Shown here one piece after another: positions 47,926-58,189 of a stretch of DNA of 64,000 bases (its first letter is position 1; each line of letters opens with the position of its first letter). The stretch is from the NCBI GenBank assembly GCA_963762075.1, contig CAVXJC010000005.1, positions 23,223 to 87,222 of the forward strand, given 5' to 3'. The notes below the pieces were generated by a model. It was given only the letters and a program-made list of their open reading frames with translations, did no database searches and had not been told where the DNA came from. Source of the DNA: an uncultured Actinomycetes bacterium. GTDB lineage: Bacteria; Actinomycetota; UBA4738; HRBIN12. A program made the translations under genes and the position numbers.

Positions 47926-49043
47926 GCACCGTCCGAATCGCGATCGTCGGCGTTGGCAACTGCGCCTCGTCACTCGTACAGGGCTTGACGTACTACCGCG
48001 ACGCCGATCCGTCCGACGATGTGCCCGGCCTCATGCACGTGGAGCTCGGCGGCTACCACGTGCGCGATGTCGAGGTGGCCGCCGCTTTCGATGTCGACGC
48101 GAAGAAGGTCGGCAAGGACGTCGCCGAGGCGATCTTCACCGAGCCCAACAACACGATCCGCTTCAGCGACGTGGCTCCGCTCGGCGTTCACGTCTCGCGC
48201 GGCCGAACCCTCGACGGCCTCGGAACCTATTACCGCGAAACGGTGATGGAGTCGGACGAACCCGAGGCCGACGTCGTGCAGGTCTTGCGCGACACCCGAG
48301 CCGACGTGCTCGTGAGCTATCTCCCCGTGGGTTCGGAGGAAGCGGACCGCTTCTATGCGCAGTGCGCGATCGATGCAGGCGTGGGCTTCGTCAACGCGTT
48401 GCCGGTGTTCATCGCGAGCGACCCCACATGGGCGAAGAAGTTCGCCGACGCGAGCGTGCCCATCGTCGGTGACGACATCAAGAGCCAGGTCGGTGCCACG
48501 ATCACGCACCGAGTGCTTGCGAAGCTCTTCGAGGACCGCGGCGTCTCGCTCGACCGCACGTATCAGCTCAACTTCGGCGGCAACATGGACTTCAAGAACA
48601 TGCTCGAGCGTGAACGTCTGATCTCGAAGAAGATCTCGAAGACCCAGTCGGTGCAGAGCCAGCTCGATGAGCCGCTCGCTGCCGACGACATCCACATCGG
48701 ACCGAGCGACCACGTGCCGTGGCTCGAGGATCGCAAGTGGGCCATGATCCGACTGGAAGGCCGCAACTTCGGCGACGTGCCCCTCACCATCGAGATGAAG
48801 CTCGAGGTGTGGGACTCGCCCAACTCCGCGGGGGTGATCATCGACGCGGTTCGCTGCGCGAAGATCGCGAAGGACCGAGGCATCGGCGGACCGATCATCG
48901 GGCCGAGCGCCTACTTCATGAAGAGCCCGCCGGTGCAATTCTCCGACGAGATGGCCCGCGAGATGGTCGAGCAATTCATCGTCGGTACCGACGAGGGCGC
49001 CGACGCAGACTGGAGCGCCTTCTTCGACGCCACCGGCGCCTGA
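47922..49043 (+). CDS. ino1: inositol-3-phosphate synthase
   Basis: [66 protein letters not shown] and [29 protein letters not shown]. From memory, this is a near-colinear match to mycobacterial Ino1. Confidence 0.95.
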   Translation: MSTVRIAIVGVGNCASSLVQGLTYYRDADPSDDVPGLMHVELGGYHVRDVEVAAAFDVDAKKVGKDVAEAIFTEPNNTIRFSDVAPLGVHVSRGRTLDGLGTYYRETVMESDEPEADVVQVLRDTRADVLVSYLPVGSEEADRFYAQCAIDAGVGFVNALPVFIASDPTWAKKFADASVPIVGDDIKSQVGATITHRVLAKLFEDRGVSLDRTYQLNFGGNMDFKNMLERERLISKKISKTQSVQSQLDEPLAADDIHIGPSDHVPWLEDRKWAMIRLEGRNFGDVPLTIEMKLEVWDSPNSAGVIIDAVRCAKIAKDRGIGGPIIGPSAYFMKSPPVQFSDEMAREMVEQFIVGTDEGADADWSAFFDATGA

Positions 49044-49064
49044 ATCTCACCTAGAACGGCTTGC

Positions 49065-49904
49065 CTACCCTCGAAGGTCCAGGAGGCGTCTCACAGGTTC
49101 GAGGTCGAACGGTGTCTCACCCACGGCACCGAGCCCCACGATGAGGTGCTGCGCGCCGGCTTCGAGGAACGCCTCGACCTGGTCCACCTCATCGGTTTCG
49201 ATCAGCACCGTGCGCTCGATCTCACCGGGGTTACGTTCGATGCGCTCGCACCACTCGTCGAGCACCGCGCTCTTGGCCGCGTAGGTGGCCGGCGGGCCGA
49301 AGCTGTTCCAGGCGTTTGCGTGCTCGGCGACCAGGCGAAGCGTGACCTTCTCGCCGCTTCCGCCGATCAGGATCGGCATCGGCTGACGAACGGGCGGTGG
49401 GTCGAGCTTCGCGAGGCGCGCCTCGATGCGCGGAAGCGCGGCCTCGAGCGCACGAAGACGATCGATCGCGGTGCCGAACTCGTAGCCGTACTCGTCATAG
49501 TCGCGCTCGAACCACCCTGCCCCGAGGCCGAGGATCAGGCGGCCGCCGCTCACATGATCCACCGTGCGCGCCATATCGGCGAGCAGTTCCGGGTTGCGAT
49601 AGGAGTTGCAGGTCACCAGCATGCCGAAGTCGGCTCGTTCGGTGTCGCACGCCATCGCGGCAAGGAGCGTCCACCCCTCGAAGTGGTGGCCGTCGGGACC
49701 GTCGTAGAGCGGGAAGAAGTGGTCCCACGTCCAGATGGAATCAACGCCCATGGCGTCTGCCTCGCGCCAGCCTCGGCGCAGGTTCAACATCGACGTGAGC
49801 TGCGGATGGAACTGGGCGCCAACCTTGAACCGTGCCACGGCACTCTCCAGTCGTGTCGGTGTGTCCTCGTCGCCGGGCCGAAGCCTCGACGCTACCGCAG
49901 GCAT
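49065..49904 (-). CDS. LLM-class (F420-dependent type) oxidoreductase
   Basis: 279 aa with LLM-fold signatures: GVDSIWTWDHF and GRLILGLGAGW. Confidence 0.85.
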   Translation of the reverse strand: MPAVASRLRPGDEDTPTRLESAVARFKVGAQFHPQLTSMLNLRRGWREADAMGVDSIWTWDHFFPLYDGPDGHHFEGWTLLAAMACDTERADFGMLVTCNSYRNPELLADMARTVDHVSGGRLILGLGAGWFERDYDEYGYEFGTAIDRLRALEAALPRIEARLAKLDPPPVRQPMPILIGGSGEKVTLRLVAEHANAWNSFGPPATYAAKSAVLDEWCERIERNPGEIERTVLIETDEVDQVEAFLEAGAQHLIVGLGAVGETPFDLEPVRRLLDLRG

Positions 49905-49932
49905 AGACGTTCCGGAGGCCGAGCTTGACGAG

Positions 49933-51596
49933 TCAGGCCACCCGGATCGTTGCTGCGACCGACCACCCGGATGCCTGGGCGAGGCCTGGGTCGCGCATGC
50001 GAGCTCTGAATCGATACCGGCCCTTCTTGCGGTCGGGCGTGAAGTCGCCCGCGCGAACCGTCACGCCTGTGCGCCAAGAAGTCCAGTTCCGGCCGGGGCG
50101 GCGGATCTGCACGTCGTACACATGGTCGCCCGTCGGCACCACGGACGCCCATGTCACGGTGAACCTTCGGTGGATGCCGCCCGAGCTGGGAGTGACCCGC
50201 ACCGGCACCTGCACGCCCCCGCCCATGCCTGCATGGATCGAACAGACGAACCGGTAGAGGCCAGCACCCTCGAACGTGAACCACGTGCTAGGCCCACCGG
50301 GGGCCACCGCCCCGGAGTCGAAGAGCTCGAGCCCTGAACCGTCGGTCGCGGTGTGATCGGTGGATCCTTCGAAGTCGAAGATCACGGTGCCGCCTCGCCC
50401 CACCGTTACCGTCGCCGGCTCGAATCGATCGTCGAGAGCCACGACGTGCGCCCCATCGAGGGGCGGTGGAGGCGGTGGAGGCGGTGGCGGTGGCGGCGGG
50501 CTCGGGCTCGGGGACGCAGAGGGGCTCGGGCTCGGGGACGCAGAGGGGCTCGGGCTCGGGGAGGCAGAGGGCTCGGGCTCGGGGACGCAGAGGGGCTCGG
50601 GCTCGGGGACGCAGAGGGGCTCGGGCTCGGGGATGGAAACGCGACGGGCTGCCAGCTCGGGTTCCGCTCGTCTGCGACGCTCGACGCCAGAGTGGTCACG
50701 CTTCCGCTGCTCGGATCCACGATCCGGATCTGCAGATTGGTCGTGCCACCCGCGTCGACCGCAACCGCGATGCGCGAGCCGTCGGGAGACCACGACGGGG
50801 TGTACACGGGCTGCTCCGTTGGGTCGTAGACCCGATCAGACCCCGATCCGTCGAGGTTCGAGACGTAGAGGTCGGGTGGCGTCGAGGTCGAAACCCCGGA
50901 TCCGGTGAAGGCGAAGCGGTCGTTCCCCGGCGCCCACGACGGATCCTTGGCGAAGCTCGTCGGCACCTCTGCGCCGGAGAGCGGCACCACGGTCTCGAAG
51001 GCACCCCCCGGCGTCATCGTGTACAGACGGCCGGTGCCATCGCGATCGGAAGCGAACACGACCGAGGCGCCATCGGGCGAGACGTCGGGAACGTAGCTCG
51101 CCACGTTCCCTTCATCGGTGAGCTGGGTCGCGTCGCCCCCGGTTGCCGAGATCGACCAGATCTCCTTGGGCTGCAGGCCACCGCCTTCCACCCGGTTGCT
51201 CGTGTACAGCAACGTCGTCGCCGAGACCCAGGCGGGCGCCGTGTCCTCGATCGCGTTCGACCATGATGTGAGGGGCGCGGCGCCGGTGCCGTCTGCGTTC
51301 ATCACCCAGATCGCCTTGCACGCCGTGACGCATGATCCGGTTCGAACGAACGCGATACGCGAGCCGTCGGGTGACCACGCCGGATCGTCATCGCCGGTCG
51401 TGTTGTCGGTGAGCTTGACCAACCCCGTGCCGTCGGGAAGGACCGAGAAGATCTCGAAGTCCCCGTCTCGATCCGACGCGAACGCGATGCGGCCGTTCGA
51501 TGCGCTGACCACGGCGCTGGCGGGCACGCCGCCCCCGGCCAGGAGGAAGCCGGCCAGCAGCGCCAGACCTGGCAACGCCAGCAACGCCCTCCTCAT
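49933..51596 (-). pseudogene. secreted TolB-like beta-propeller / (SPSPSPSA)n-polyPro linker / cupredoxin fusion, split by one frameshift in the linker repeat
   Basis: Signal peptide MRRALLALPGLALLAGFLLAGGG and PD40 repeats (DPAWSPDGSRIAFV, PSWSPDGSRIAVA) are read in one frame to about 50570. PPPPPPPPPPPP plus a blue-copper domain (STDHTATD ... YRFVCSIHAGMGGGV) follow in another frame down to 49933. Confidence 0.7.
50498..50633. repeat. 24-nt tandem repeat (5 full units plus a partial) encoding SPSPSPSA
   Basis: The plus-strand unit is GGGCTCGGGCTCGGGGACGCAGAG. The unit at 50570-50592 is 23 nt (G-run one base shorter), and the reading frame changes there. Confidence 0.9.
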
Positions 51597-51645
51597 TAGG
51601 GGGTTATCGGTCGGCATTGGGGTGGAACTGCAGCGCGGCCCTACG

Positions 51646-53127
51646 ATGACCGCGATGAGCCCACAGACCCTGCCCCGCATCGGCAGTCCCCGCGATGCGT
51701 TGCGCCATCACGACTTCCGCTTGCTCTTCGCGATGCGCATGGTGAGCCAGTCGGCCGATGGTCTGATCCAGGCCGCGCTCGTCGCTTCGCTCGTCTTCTC
51801 GCCCGAGCGCGCGACCACCGCCAAGAGCTTCGCGCTCGCCTCCGCGATCGTGATCGTGCCCTTCTCGTTGATCGGCCCGTTCGTGGGCGTGTTCATCGAC
51901 CGCTGGTCGCGTCGGCGCATCATGGTCATCGCACCATTGGTACGGGCGGCGCCGGTCTTCCTCGTGCTCGCGAGCCCGACGCGGCAAGCGGCGCTGTACT
52001 ACGGCGGCGCGCTCTTCGTGACCTCGGTGAACCGGTTCTTCCTTGCGACCGCGCAGGCGGTGGTTCCACGACTCGTGCCGACCGAGGATCTGCTCGCCGC
52101 GAACTCGATCGCGACCGTCGGAGGCACCGTCGCCCTGCTGCTCGGCGTGTTCGCAGGTGGGCTCGTCGCCGATGCGTTCGGAACGCTCGCGATCGTCGCG
52201 GCGGCAGCGGCGATGTGGGTCGGCGCGTCGTTCCTTGCGCGCGGCATCACGAGCGACCTACGGCCGCTGCAACTTCCCGACTCGGCCGAGCGGTTGCGCC
52301 ACCAGATCCGTCATGTCGCCGGCGAGCTCGGTGATGGCATCCGCCACATCGCGCAGACGCCGCGGGCCGTCGGCCCGATCACCTCGATCGGTCTCGACCA
52401 GGTCGGACAGGGTCTGATCTTGGTGCTCGCGCTGGTCGTGTTCCGCGAACGATTCGATGAGGGGGTGGGGTCGTTCTCGTGGTTGATCGGCGCCGGCGGG
52501 CTCGGGGTGTTCGCCGGCCTGTCCACGATCGGCGCGCTCGACCGGCGGTTCGCACGCGAGCGCATCATCTCGGGCGCCTTCGCCGTCGGCGGCGTGGCTG
52601 TGCTGCTGGTGAGCCTGCTCGTCGCTCCGTGGACCCTGCTGCTCGCGAGCTTCGTCGTCGGCCTCACCTTCGCATGGAAGAAGGTGCCGGTCGACACCAT
52701 GGTGCAGGAAGCCGTGCCCGACGGGCTACGCGGACGCGTGTTCGCCGCATACGACGTCGTCTACAACGTCGCTCGTCTGACCGCCGCGGTGCTCGCCATC
52801 CCGTTGCTGCCGGCGCTCGGCGAGCAGGGCTCGGCCGCGCTCGTCGGCATCGCGTTCCTGCTCTGGGTGCCGGTGCTCCCTCGATGGCTCGCGAGGGCGC
52901 CGGAGATCTTCCTGCGATTCACTGAAGGCGGGAGGGCCGATGAGTGGCCGCGAGCCGTGGTCTGGGGTGGCGTCGAGGAGCCGGTCGAAGTCGTGCGGAC
53001 CACTCTCGACGAGCGTGAGGGCGTGCGCACACGACGGTTCCGGTTGTCGCTCGCCGACGGTACGGTGCTCGACGTGAGCTGTGAAGAGCCCGGGGGCGAC
53101 TGGCGCATCGACCGCGAGGTCACGTGA
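51646..53127 (+). CDS. MFS transporter with C-terminal soluble extension
   Basis: HHDFRLLFAMRMVSQSADGL and about 12 TM helices. The ATG at 51646 was verified. The upstream part of the 669-aa ORF is antisense to the propeller gene. Confidence 0.8.
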   Translation: MTAMSPQTLPRIGSPRDALRHHDFRLLFAMRMVSQSADGLIQAALVASLVFSPERATTAKSFALASAIVIVPFSLIGPFVGVFIDRWSRRRIMVIAPLVRAAPVFLVLASPTRQAALYYGGALFVTSVNRFFLATAQAVVPRLVPTEDLLAANSIATVGGTVALLLGVFAGGLVADAFGTLAIVAAAAAMWVGASFLARGITSDLRPLQLPDSAERLRHQIRHVAGELGDGIRHIAQTPRAVGPITSIGLDQVGQGLILVLALVVFRERFDEGVGSFSWLIGAGGLGVFAGLSTIGALDRRFARERIISGAFAVGGVAVLLVSLLVAPWTLLLASFVVGLTFAWKKVPVDTMVQEAVPDGLRGRVFAAYDVVYNVARLTAAVLAIPLLPALGEQGSAALVGIAFLLWVPVLPRWLARAPEIFLRFTEGGRADEWPRAVVWGGVEEPVEVVRTTLDEREGVRTRRFRLSLADGTVLDVSCEEPGGDWRIDREVT

Positions 53128-53342
53128 GCCATGTCGAGCGATCCGCCGTCGAGCGCGGGCACCCCGCTTCCCCTACGGTGAGGTACGTAGCTCTACTTAC
53201 TTAGCCTGGGGTAGCGAGTTTCCCCGTTCCGAGGGTATCGACCTCGGGGTCCTCTCGGCGCACCATGTGCCTCGCGGCAACGGACCTCGCGGCGCCGGAA
53301 CCGAGACCGAGCCACTCGGACGGATCTGGAAGGAACGGACGG

Positions 53343-53495
53343 ATGAGCGAACACAAGGATCACGCGGCCGGCACCGACAGCAGCTGCCGGCTCTGCACGA
53401 AGATCGCGTACGAGCCCAGCTGGTACGCATCGCTCCTCTTCGCGCAGGTCGGTGTCGCCTTGCGTATCGGCGGAGCTCAGATCGTCAGCACGTAG
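53343..53495 (+). CDS. possible small protein (50 aa) with CxxC and a hydrophobic C-terminus
   Basis: MSEHKDHAAGTDSSCRLCTKIAYEPSWYASLLFAQVGVALRIGGAQIVST. GC3 is very high. GGAAGGAACGGACGG lies upstream of the ATG. Confidence 0.4.
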   Translation: MSEHKDHAAGTDSSCRLCTKIAYEPSWYASLLFAQVGVALRIGGAQIVST

Positions 53496-53582
53496 CCCGG
53501 GATCCCCCTCGCGGGCTCACGGAAGGCCGGAGCCGGCCGGGAACGCGCCTCTCGAAGGTGACTCCCGCGCCGCCTCCGGCCT

Positions 53583-54833
53583 TTACCCTTGCCGGGCGAG
53601 AACGGGAACCTCGGCACGGCGCGCCCGAACCGCGAGCAACGCGAGACCGAGACCCCCCGCCACCGCACCGCTGAGCACGAAGCCGACGCGGGGACCGAGA
53701 TGCTCCCCGATCACACCGGCGATCGGCGCTCCTATCGGCGTCGAGCCAAGGAAGACGATGCCGTACAGGGCCATGACACGTCCGCGCGCCTCGGGACGGG
53801 AGTTGAGCTGCAGCATCGTGTTGCCCGTGATCATGAAGGCCATGATGGTGAATCCCATCGGGATCATCGCCGCCCCGGCCAGCCAGAGCGTAGGGGCGAG
53901 CCCGGAAAGCACGAGCGAGCCACCGATCGCGACTGACCAGAGCGCCAGGTCGCGCATGCGCGGCACCGGTACGCGGCTCGCCATGACCATCGCCCCCACG
54001 AACGAACCCACACCGGCGAGCGCAGAGAGCATCCCGAACGTGCCCGCGTCACCGCCGAACGTCTCCTTGGCGAGCAGGGGCACGAACACCGCGAAGTTGA
54101 ACGAGACCGTGAACACCACCGCCATCGCGATCAACGGACGTCGCAGCTCGTCGGTCGTCCAGACGTACCGCAGGCCCGCGCTCAGGTGGCCTCGCACACG
54201 CGTCGACCGCTTCTGGGCATGCAGTTCCGCCGGACGCATGGCGAACAACGCGACGAGCACCGCCGCGTAGGAGATGCCGTCGATGAGGAAGCACGTCGCG
54301 ATGCCGACCGTGTGGATCAGCACTCCCGCGATCGCCGGCCCGATCACGCGCGATCCCGTGAACGCTGCGCTGTTCATGCTGACGGCGTTGCGCACGTGCT
54401 CCTCGCCGACCATCTCGATGTAGAAGCTCTGTCGCGACGGGTTGTCGATCGCCGTGACGATGCCCGAGGCGATCGAGAGGGCGTAGACCATCCAGAGCTC
54501 GACGAGATCGAAGGCCACGAGCGCCCAGAGCGCGACCGCCACCACCCCGTACGAAGCCTGGGTGATCATCAGGATGTGCCGCTTGTCGAAACGGTCGGCC
54601 AGCACGCCGCCGTAGGCCCCGAGCAGCAACACGGGAAGGAAGTACAGCGCGATGTTGGCGCCGAGCGCCGTGCCGCTCTCCGTGAGATCGAGCACGAGCC
54701 AGGCGCTGGCCGTGAAGTTCATCCACGTGCCGATCGCCGAGACCGTGTTCCCCGTCAAGTAGAGACGGAAGTTGCGCGAGGTTCGCACCGACGAGAACGT
54801 ACGGCCTATGACCGCGTTGATCCGGGGACTCAC
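53583..54833 (-). CDS. MFS transporter
   Basis: FRLYLTGNTVSAIGTWMNF and about 12 TM helices. The GTG start is GTGA-coupled to the marR stop. Confidence 0.85.
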   Translation of the reverse strand: MSPRINAVIGRTFSSVRTSRNFRLYLTGNTVSAIGTWMNFTASAWLVLDLTESGTALGANIALYFLPVLLLGAYGGVLADRFDKRHILMITQASYGVVAVALWALVAFDLVELWMVYALSIASGIVTAIDNPSRQSFYIEMVGEEHVRNAVSMNSAAFTGSRVIGPAIAGVLIHTVGIATCFLIDGISYAAVLVALFAMRPAELHAQKRSTRVRGHLSAGLRYVWTTDELRRPLIAMAVVFTVSFNFAVFVPLLAKETFGGDAGTFGMLSALAGVGSFVGAMVMASRVPVPRMRDLALWSVAIGGSLVLSGLAPTLWLAGAAMIPMGFTIMAFMITGNTMLQLNSRPEARGRVMALYGIVFLGSTPIGAPIAGVIGEHLGPRVGFVLSGAVAGGLGLALLAVRARRAEVPVLARQG

Positions 54834-55273
54834 GGTTGCTGCTCCGTGACTCGCCCCAAGATCTCGGCCGCCTGTTCGAGGGTGGCAAGCTCCGCTACGT
54901 CCAGACGCTTCAGGCGCTCGGCGAGATACCTGTCGGTTCGGCGGCGAACGCTGCGCATCAGCGCGCGCCCTGAAGGCGTGAGCTGCACCCACGAGACCCT
55001 GCGGTCGACCGTGTCGGGCGTGCGCTCGGCGAGGCCTTCGGCCACGAGCGCCGCAAGGATGCGCGTCACCGTGGGCTTGCGCACCTGCTCGTGGGAGGCC
55101 AGGTCCCCCGCCGTCATCGGTCCGTGCCGCTCGATCGTGGAGAGCGCCGCCAACAGCGTGGGCGAGATGCCGGCTTGACTCTCGCGCCGCAGCGTGCGCG
55201 ACGCGCGGAACACGGACAACCGCAGGTGCGACGCGAGTCCAGCAAGATCGGTGATGGGGGGAGTGGTCGACAT
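54830..55273 (-). CDS. MarR family transcriptional regulator
   Basis: LLAALSTIERHGPMTAGDLASHEQVRKPTVTRILAALVAEGLAERTPD. Confidence 0.9.
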   Translation of the reverse strand: MSTTPPITDLAGLASHLRLSVFRASRTLRRESQAGISPTLLAALSTIERHGPMTAGDLASHEQVRKPTVTRILAALVAEGLAERTPDTVDRRVSWVQLTPSGRALMRSVRRRTDRYLAERLKRLDVAELATLEQAAEILGRVTEQQP

Positions 55274-55283
55274 GGCAGCCAGA

Positions 55284-55314
55284 TTAGTTCACATCGCTAA
55301 CTAACGTCACATCG
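55284..55314. promoter_or_regulatory. inverted repeat TTAGTT-N9-AACTAA plus direct repeat TCACATCG x2 (putative MarR operator)
   Basis: It starts 11 nt upstream of the marR start, in the marR/methyltransferase divergent region. Confidence 0.45.
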
Positions 55315-55424
55315 AGAACCTGGATCCACCCGTTCACGAACCAACCTGAGCGGCATGCAGGCATGGCCGGGATGGCGCGTTCCCCCCAACCGGCTCGGCC
55401 GCCGGCGGGGCTACGCTTCCTCCG

Positions 55425-56159
55425 GTGACTCGCGAATGGGACGCCGATGCGTACGACCGGTTGCCGATCCCCATGACGCGGTGGGGCGAGGCGGTGCTCG
55501 GCTGGCTCGAGCTGGCGGGGGATGAACGCGTGCTCGACGCGGGGTGCGGCACCGGCCAGGTCACAGAGAAGCTGCGGGCACGGCTTCCACGGGGCGAGGT
55601 CGTGGCGCTCGACGGCTCGGCATCGATGATCGAGCGTGCGCGCGAACGGCTCGGTGAGGACCGCGTGCGCTACGTCGTCGGCGACCTCGAGCGGCCGCTG
55701 GCGATCGACGAGCCGGTCGACGCCGTGCTGTCGACCGCCACGTTCCATTGGGTGCTCGACCACGGCGCGTTGTTCCGCAACCTCGCGGCGATCATGCGAC
55801 CGGGTGCGCAGCTCGCCGCGCAGTGCGGAGGGCAGGGCAACATCGCGTCGATCGAGGTGGCGCTGCGCGACATGGGCGAGGACTTCGTCGGACGCAAGCA
55901 TTACGCCGGCCCCGAACCGACGCGCGAGCGTCTTCGGGGGGCCGGGTTCATCGACGTGGAAGCGTGGCTGCACGCTGAGCCCTCGCCGATCCCCCCGGGT
56001 GACCTCGAGCTGTACCTCGGAACCATCTGCCTCGGCGACCACGTCGAGGGCATGGGCGACGACGCACGCGCGAGCTTCGTTCGCGAGGTCGCGCGACGCA
56101 TGCCGGCACCGGTGATCGACTACGTGCGGCTGAACATCAGAGCGCGACGGGTCGGCTGA
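55425..56159 (+). CDS. class I SAM-dependent methyltransferase (trans-aconitate methyltransferase-like)
   Basis: WDADAYDRLPIPMTRWG ... VLDAGCGTGQVTEKL. Confidence 0.85.
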   Translation: MTREWDADAYDRLPIPMTRWGEAVLGWLELAGDERVLDAGCGTGQVTEKLRARLPRGEVVALDGSASMIERARERLGEDRVRYVVGDLERPLAIDEPVDAVLSTATFHWVLDHGALFRNLAAIMRPGAQLAAQCGGQGNIASIEVALRDMGEDFVGRKHYAGPEPTRERLRGAGFIDVEAWLHAEPSPIPPGDLELYLGTICLGDHVEGMGDDARASFVREVARRMPAPVIDYVRLNIRARRVG

Positions 56160-56175
56160 CGAACGAGCTGCCAAC

Positions 56176-57558
56176 TCACCCGCCGATCCGCGGATGGCCA
56201 AGTAGTCCGTACCAGACTAGTCCGAGCGTGGCAGAGACGGCGATCACGGGGAGCACCTTCCATCTGAGCCGCCACAGACCGACGAAGCCGATGGCGGCGA
56301 CCGTTGCGGCGAACATGTCGACGCTGGACCAGACCGGATCCGGCACATCGAATCGGCCCAACAGGCGCACCGCTCCGACCTCGTCGAACAAGGCCGTGAT
56401 CGCGAACGTGACGGCGAGGTTCGCGATCACGCCCACGACGGCGGCGGTCACCGTCTCGAGGGCGGCGGCGAGGCGACGGTTCCCGCGAAGGCTCTCGATG
56501 TACGGCGCGCCCAAGAAGATCCAGAGGAAGCAGGGAGCGAAGGTCGCCCACACCGCGACGAGCGCCCCGAGCGTGCCGGCGACGAGCGGATCGAGGCCGG
56601 CGGGGTTCTGATAGGCGCCGACGAAACCGACGAACTCGAGCACCATGATGAGAGGACCCGGCGTGCTCTCGGCGAGGCCGAGGCCGACGACCATCTGGCC
56701 GGGGAGCAACCACCCGTACGTTTGGACGGCAGCGACGTTCACGTACGCGAGCACTGCGTAGGCACCTCCGAACGTCACGAGCGAGGCGCGTGAGAAGAAC
56801 CAACCCATGTCTGTGAGTGTGTCTCCGCCGCCGCGCCACCAGGCGATGACGACGATCGGCAGGAGCCAGGCGATGAGGCCGATGCCGAGCGTGCGCGCGG
56901 CCCGCGTCTTCGACGGCACGGTGTGCGTCGCGCGAGGCGCGTCATCGCTGAGGGCGATGCGCTCCTGTTCCTCCAGCTCACGCGCGACCCCGATCTCGAA
57001 CAGATCGGGGCGCATCGAACCCCCGGTGAGCCCGATCAGTGCTGCGGCGAGCACGATGAGCGGGAACGGCACATGCACGACGAAGATGGCGATGAACGAG
57101 GCGATCGCGACCGCGAGCATCAGGCCGTTGGCGAGCGCCTTGCTCCCGATGCGGATGGTCGCCGCTGCCACGATCGCGATCACGGCTGGCGCGAGCCCGG
57201 CGAAGATCGCGCTGACCCATGTGACGTCACCCTGCGCCGCGAACAGCCACGAGAGCCCGAACATCACGAACACGCTCGGCAGCACGAACGTGACGCCCGC
57301 CACGAGCCCGCCCTTCACTCGATGCAGGAGCCACCCGAGGTAGATCGCCAGCTGCTGCGCCTCGGGTCCGGGCAGCAACGTGCAGTAGTTCAGCGCATGG
57401 AGGAACCGTCCGTTCGACACCCACCGGCGGCGCTCGACGACCTCGTCGTGCATCAGCGCGATCTGCCCGGCGGGACCTCCGAAGTTGATGAACCCGAGCT
57501 TCACCCAGAAGCGCGCGGCCTCACGGAACGACACCCCATGCTGCGGCTCGTCACTCAC
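56176..57558 (-). CDS. chrA: chromate transporter (two CHR domains)
   Basis: FREAARFWVKLGFINFGGPAGQIALMHDEVVERRRWV, followed by a second CHR half (FFSRASLVTFGGAYAVLAYV). Confidence 0.9.
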   Translation of the reverse strand: MSDEPQHGVSFREAARFWVKLGFINFGGPAGQIALMHDEVVERRRWVSNGRFLHALNYCTLLPGPEAQQLAIYLGWLLHRVKGGLVAGVTFVLPSVFVMFGLSWLFAAQGDVTWVSAIFAGLAPAVIAIVAAATIRIGSKALANGLMLAVAIASFIAIFVVHVPFPLIVLAAALIGLTGGSMRPDLFEIGVARELEEQERIALSDDAPRATHTVPSKTRAARTLGIGLIAWLLPIVVIAWWRGGGDTLTDMGWFFSRASLVTFGGAYAVLAYVNVAAVQTYGWLLPGQMVVGLGLAESTPGPLIMVLEFVGFVGAYQNPAGLDPLVAGTLGALVAVWATFAPCFLWIFLGAPYIESLRGNRRLAAALETVTAAVVGVIANLAVTFAITALFDEVGAVRLLGRFDVPDPVWSSVDMFAATVAAIGFVGLWRLRWKVLPVIAVSATLGLVWYGLLGHPRIGG

Positions 57559-57603
57559 CGCGCGAGTCTATGGCCCCTGACCACACGCCCCGCCCCGCGA
57601 GGC

Positions 57604-58188
57604 TCAGATGAACAGCGACACCGCAGCGTCGCGCATCTCGGCGAGCGCGGTAGCGGCGCCGATCGGCTCTTCGAGTCCGTCCAGGAGATCTGAAGGGTTC
57701 AACCCCAGCAGGTCCATCGTCATCTGACACGGGATCAGCCGCACCCCGAGCTCTTGCGCCGTCGCGATCAGCTCCTCGGGCCTGGCGACCTGTCGGTCGC
57801 GGGCGAGCTTCTTGAACATCGCGGGACCGGCGCCGGCGAAGTTGTACTGCGAGAGCTTCGCCTTCTGAGCCGATCCCGGGTTCATGGCGCTCATCATCTT
57901 CTGCATCCAGTTGTCGCCGGTGATGCGCACGCCCGGCTTCACGATCGCGAACAGCCCCCAGAACGTGAAGAACACGCTCGACTCCATGCCGCTGGCCGCC
58001 GCGGTCGTCGCGAGGATGGTCGTGGGCCAGATGCGATCGAGGTCGCCGCCCCACGCGATGATCGTCAGCTTGTTCTTCTTCTTCACCTCGCCCTGCGATG
58101 CGGCTTCGAGGGCCTCGATGCGCTTCAACAGGTCCGCGAAGGACTGGGCATCGATGCCCTCGTCGGTCCCGACCACCTGGACGGCCAT
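57604..58188 (-). CDS. DsrE/DsrF-like family sulfur-relay protein
   Basis: KLTIIAWGGDLDRIWPTTILATTAAASGMESSVFFTFWGL ... LIPCQMTMDL. Confidence 0.75.
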   Translation of the reverse strand: MAVQVVGTDEGIDAQSFADLLKRIEALEAASQGEVKKKNKLTIIAWGGDLDRIWPTTILATTAAASGMESSVFFTFWGLFAIVKPGVRITGDNWMQKMMSAMNPGSAQKAKLSQYNFAGAGPAMFKKLARDRQVARPEELIATAQELGVRLIPCQMTMDLLGLNPSDLLDGLEEPIGAATALAEMRDAAVSLFI

Positions 58189-58189
58189 G

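Noticed and set aside
50498-50633. Possible CRISPR array: regular 24-nt repeats here and 26-nt repeats at 46491-46574.
   Set aside because: The units are directly tandem with no spacers. There are no cas genes. One array is clearly coding linker (SPSPSPSA).
49933-50793. The N-terminal part of the 286-aa ORF (…IPEPEPLCVPEPEPLCVPEPEP…) as a real repeat protein start.
   Set aside because: This is the same 24-nt repeat read in the wrong frame upstream of the 1-nt length change. The biologically sensible reading is a continuation of the propeller ORF.
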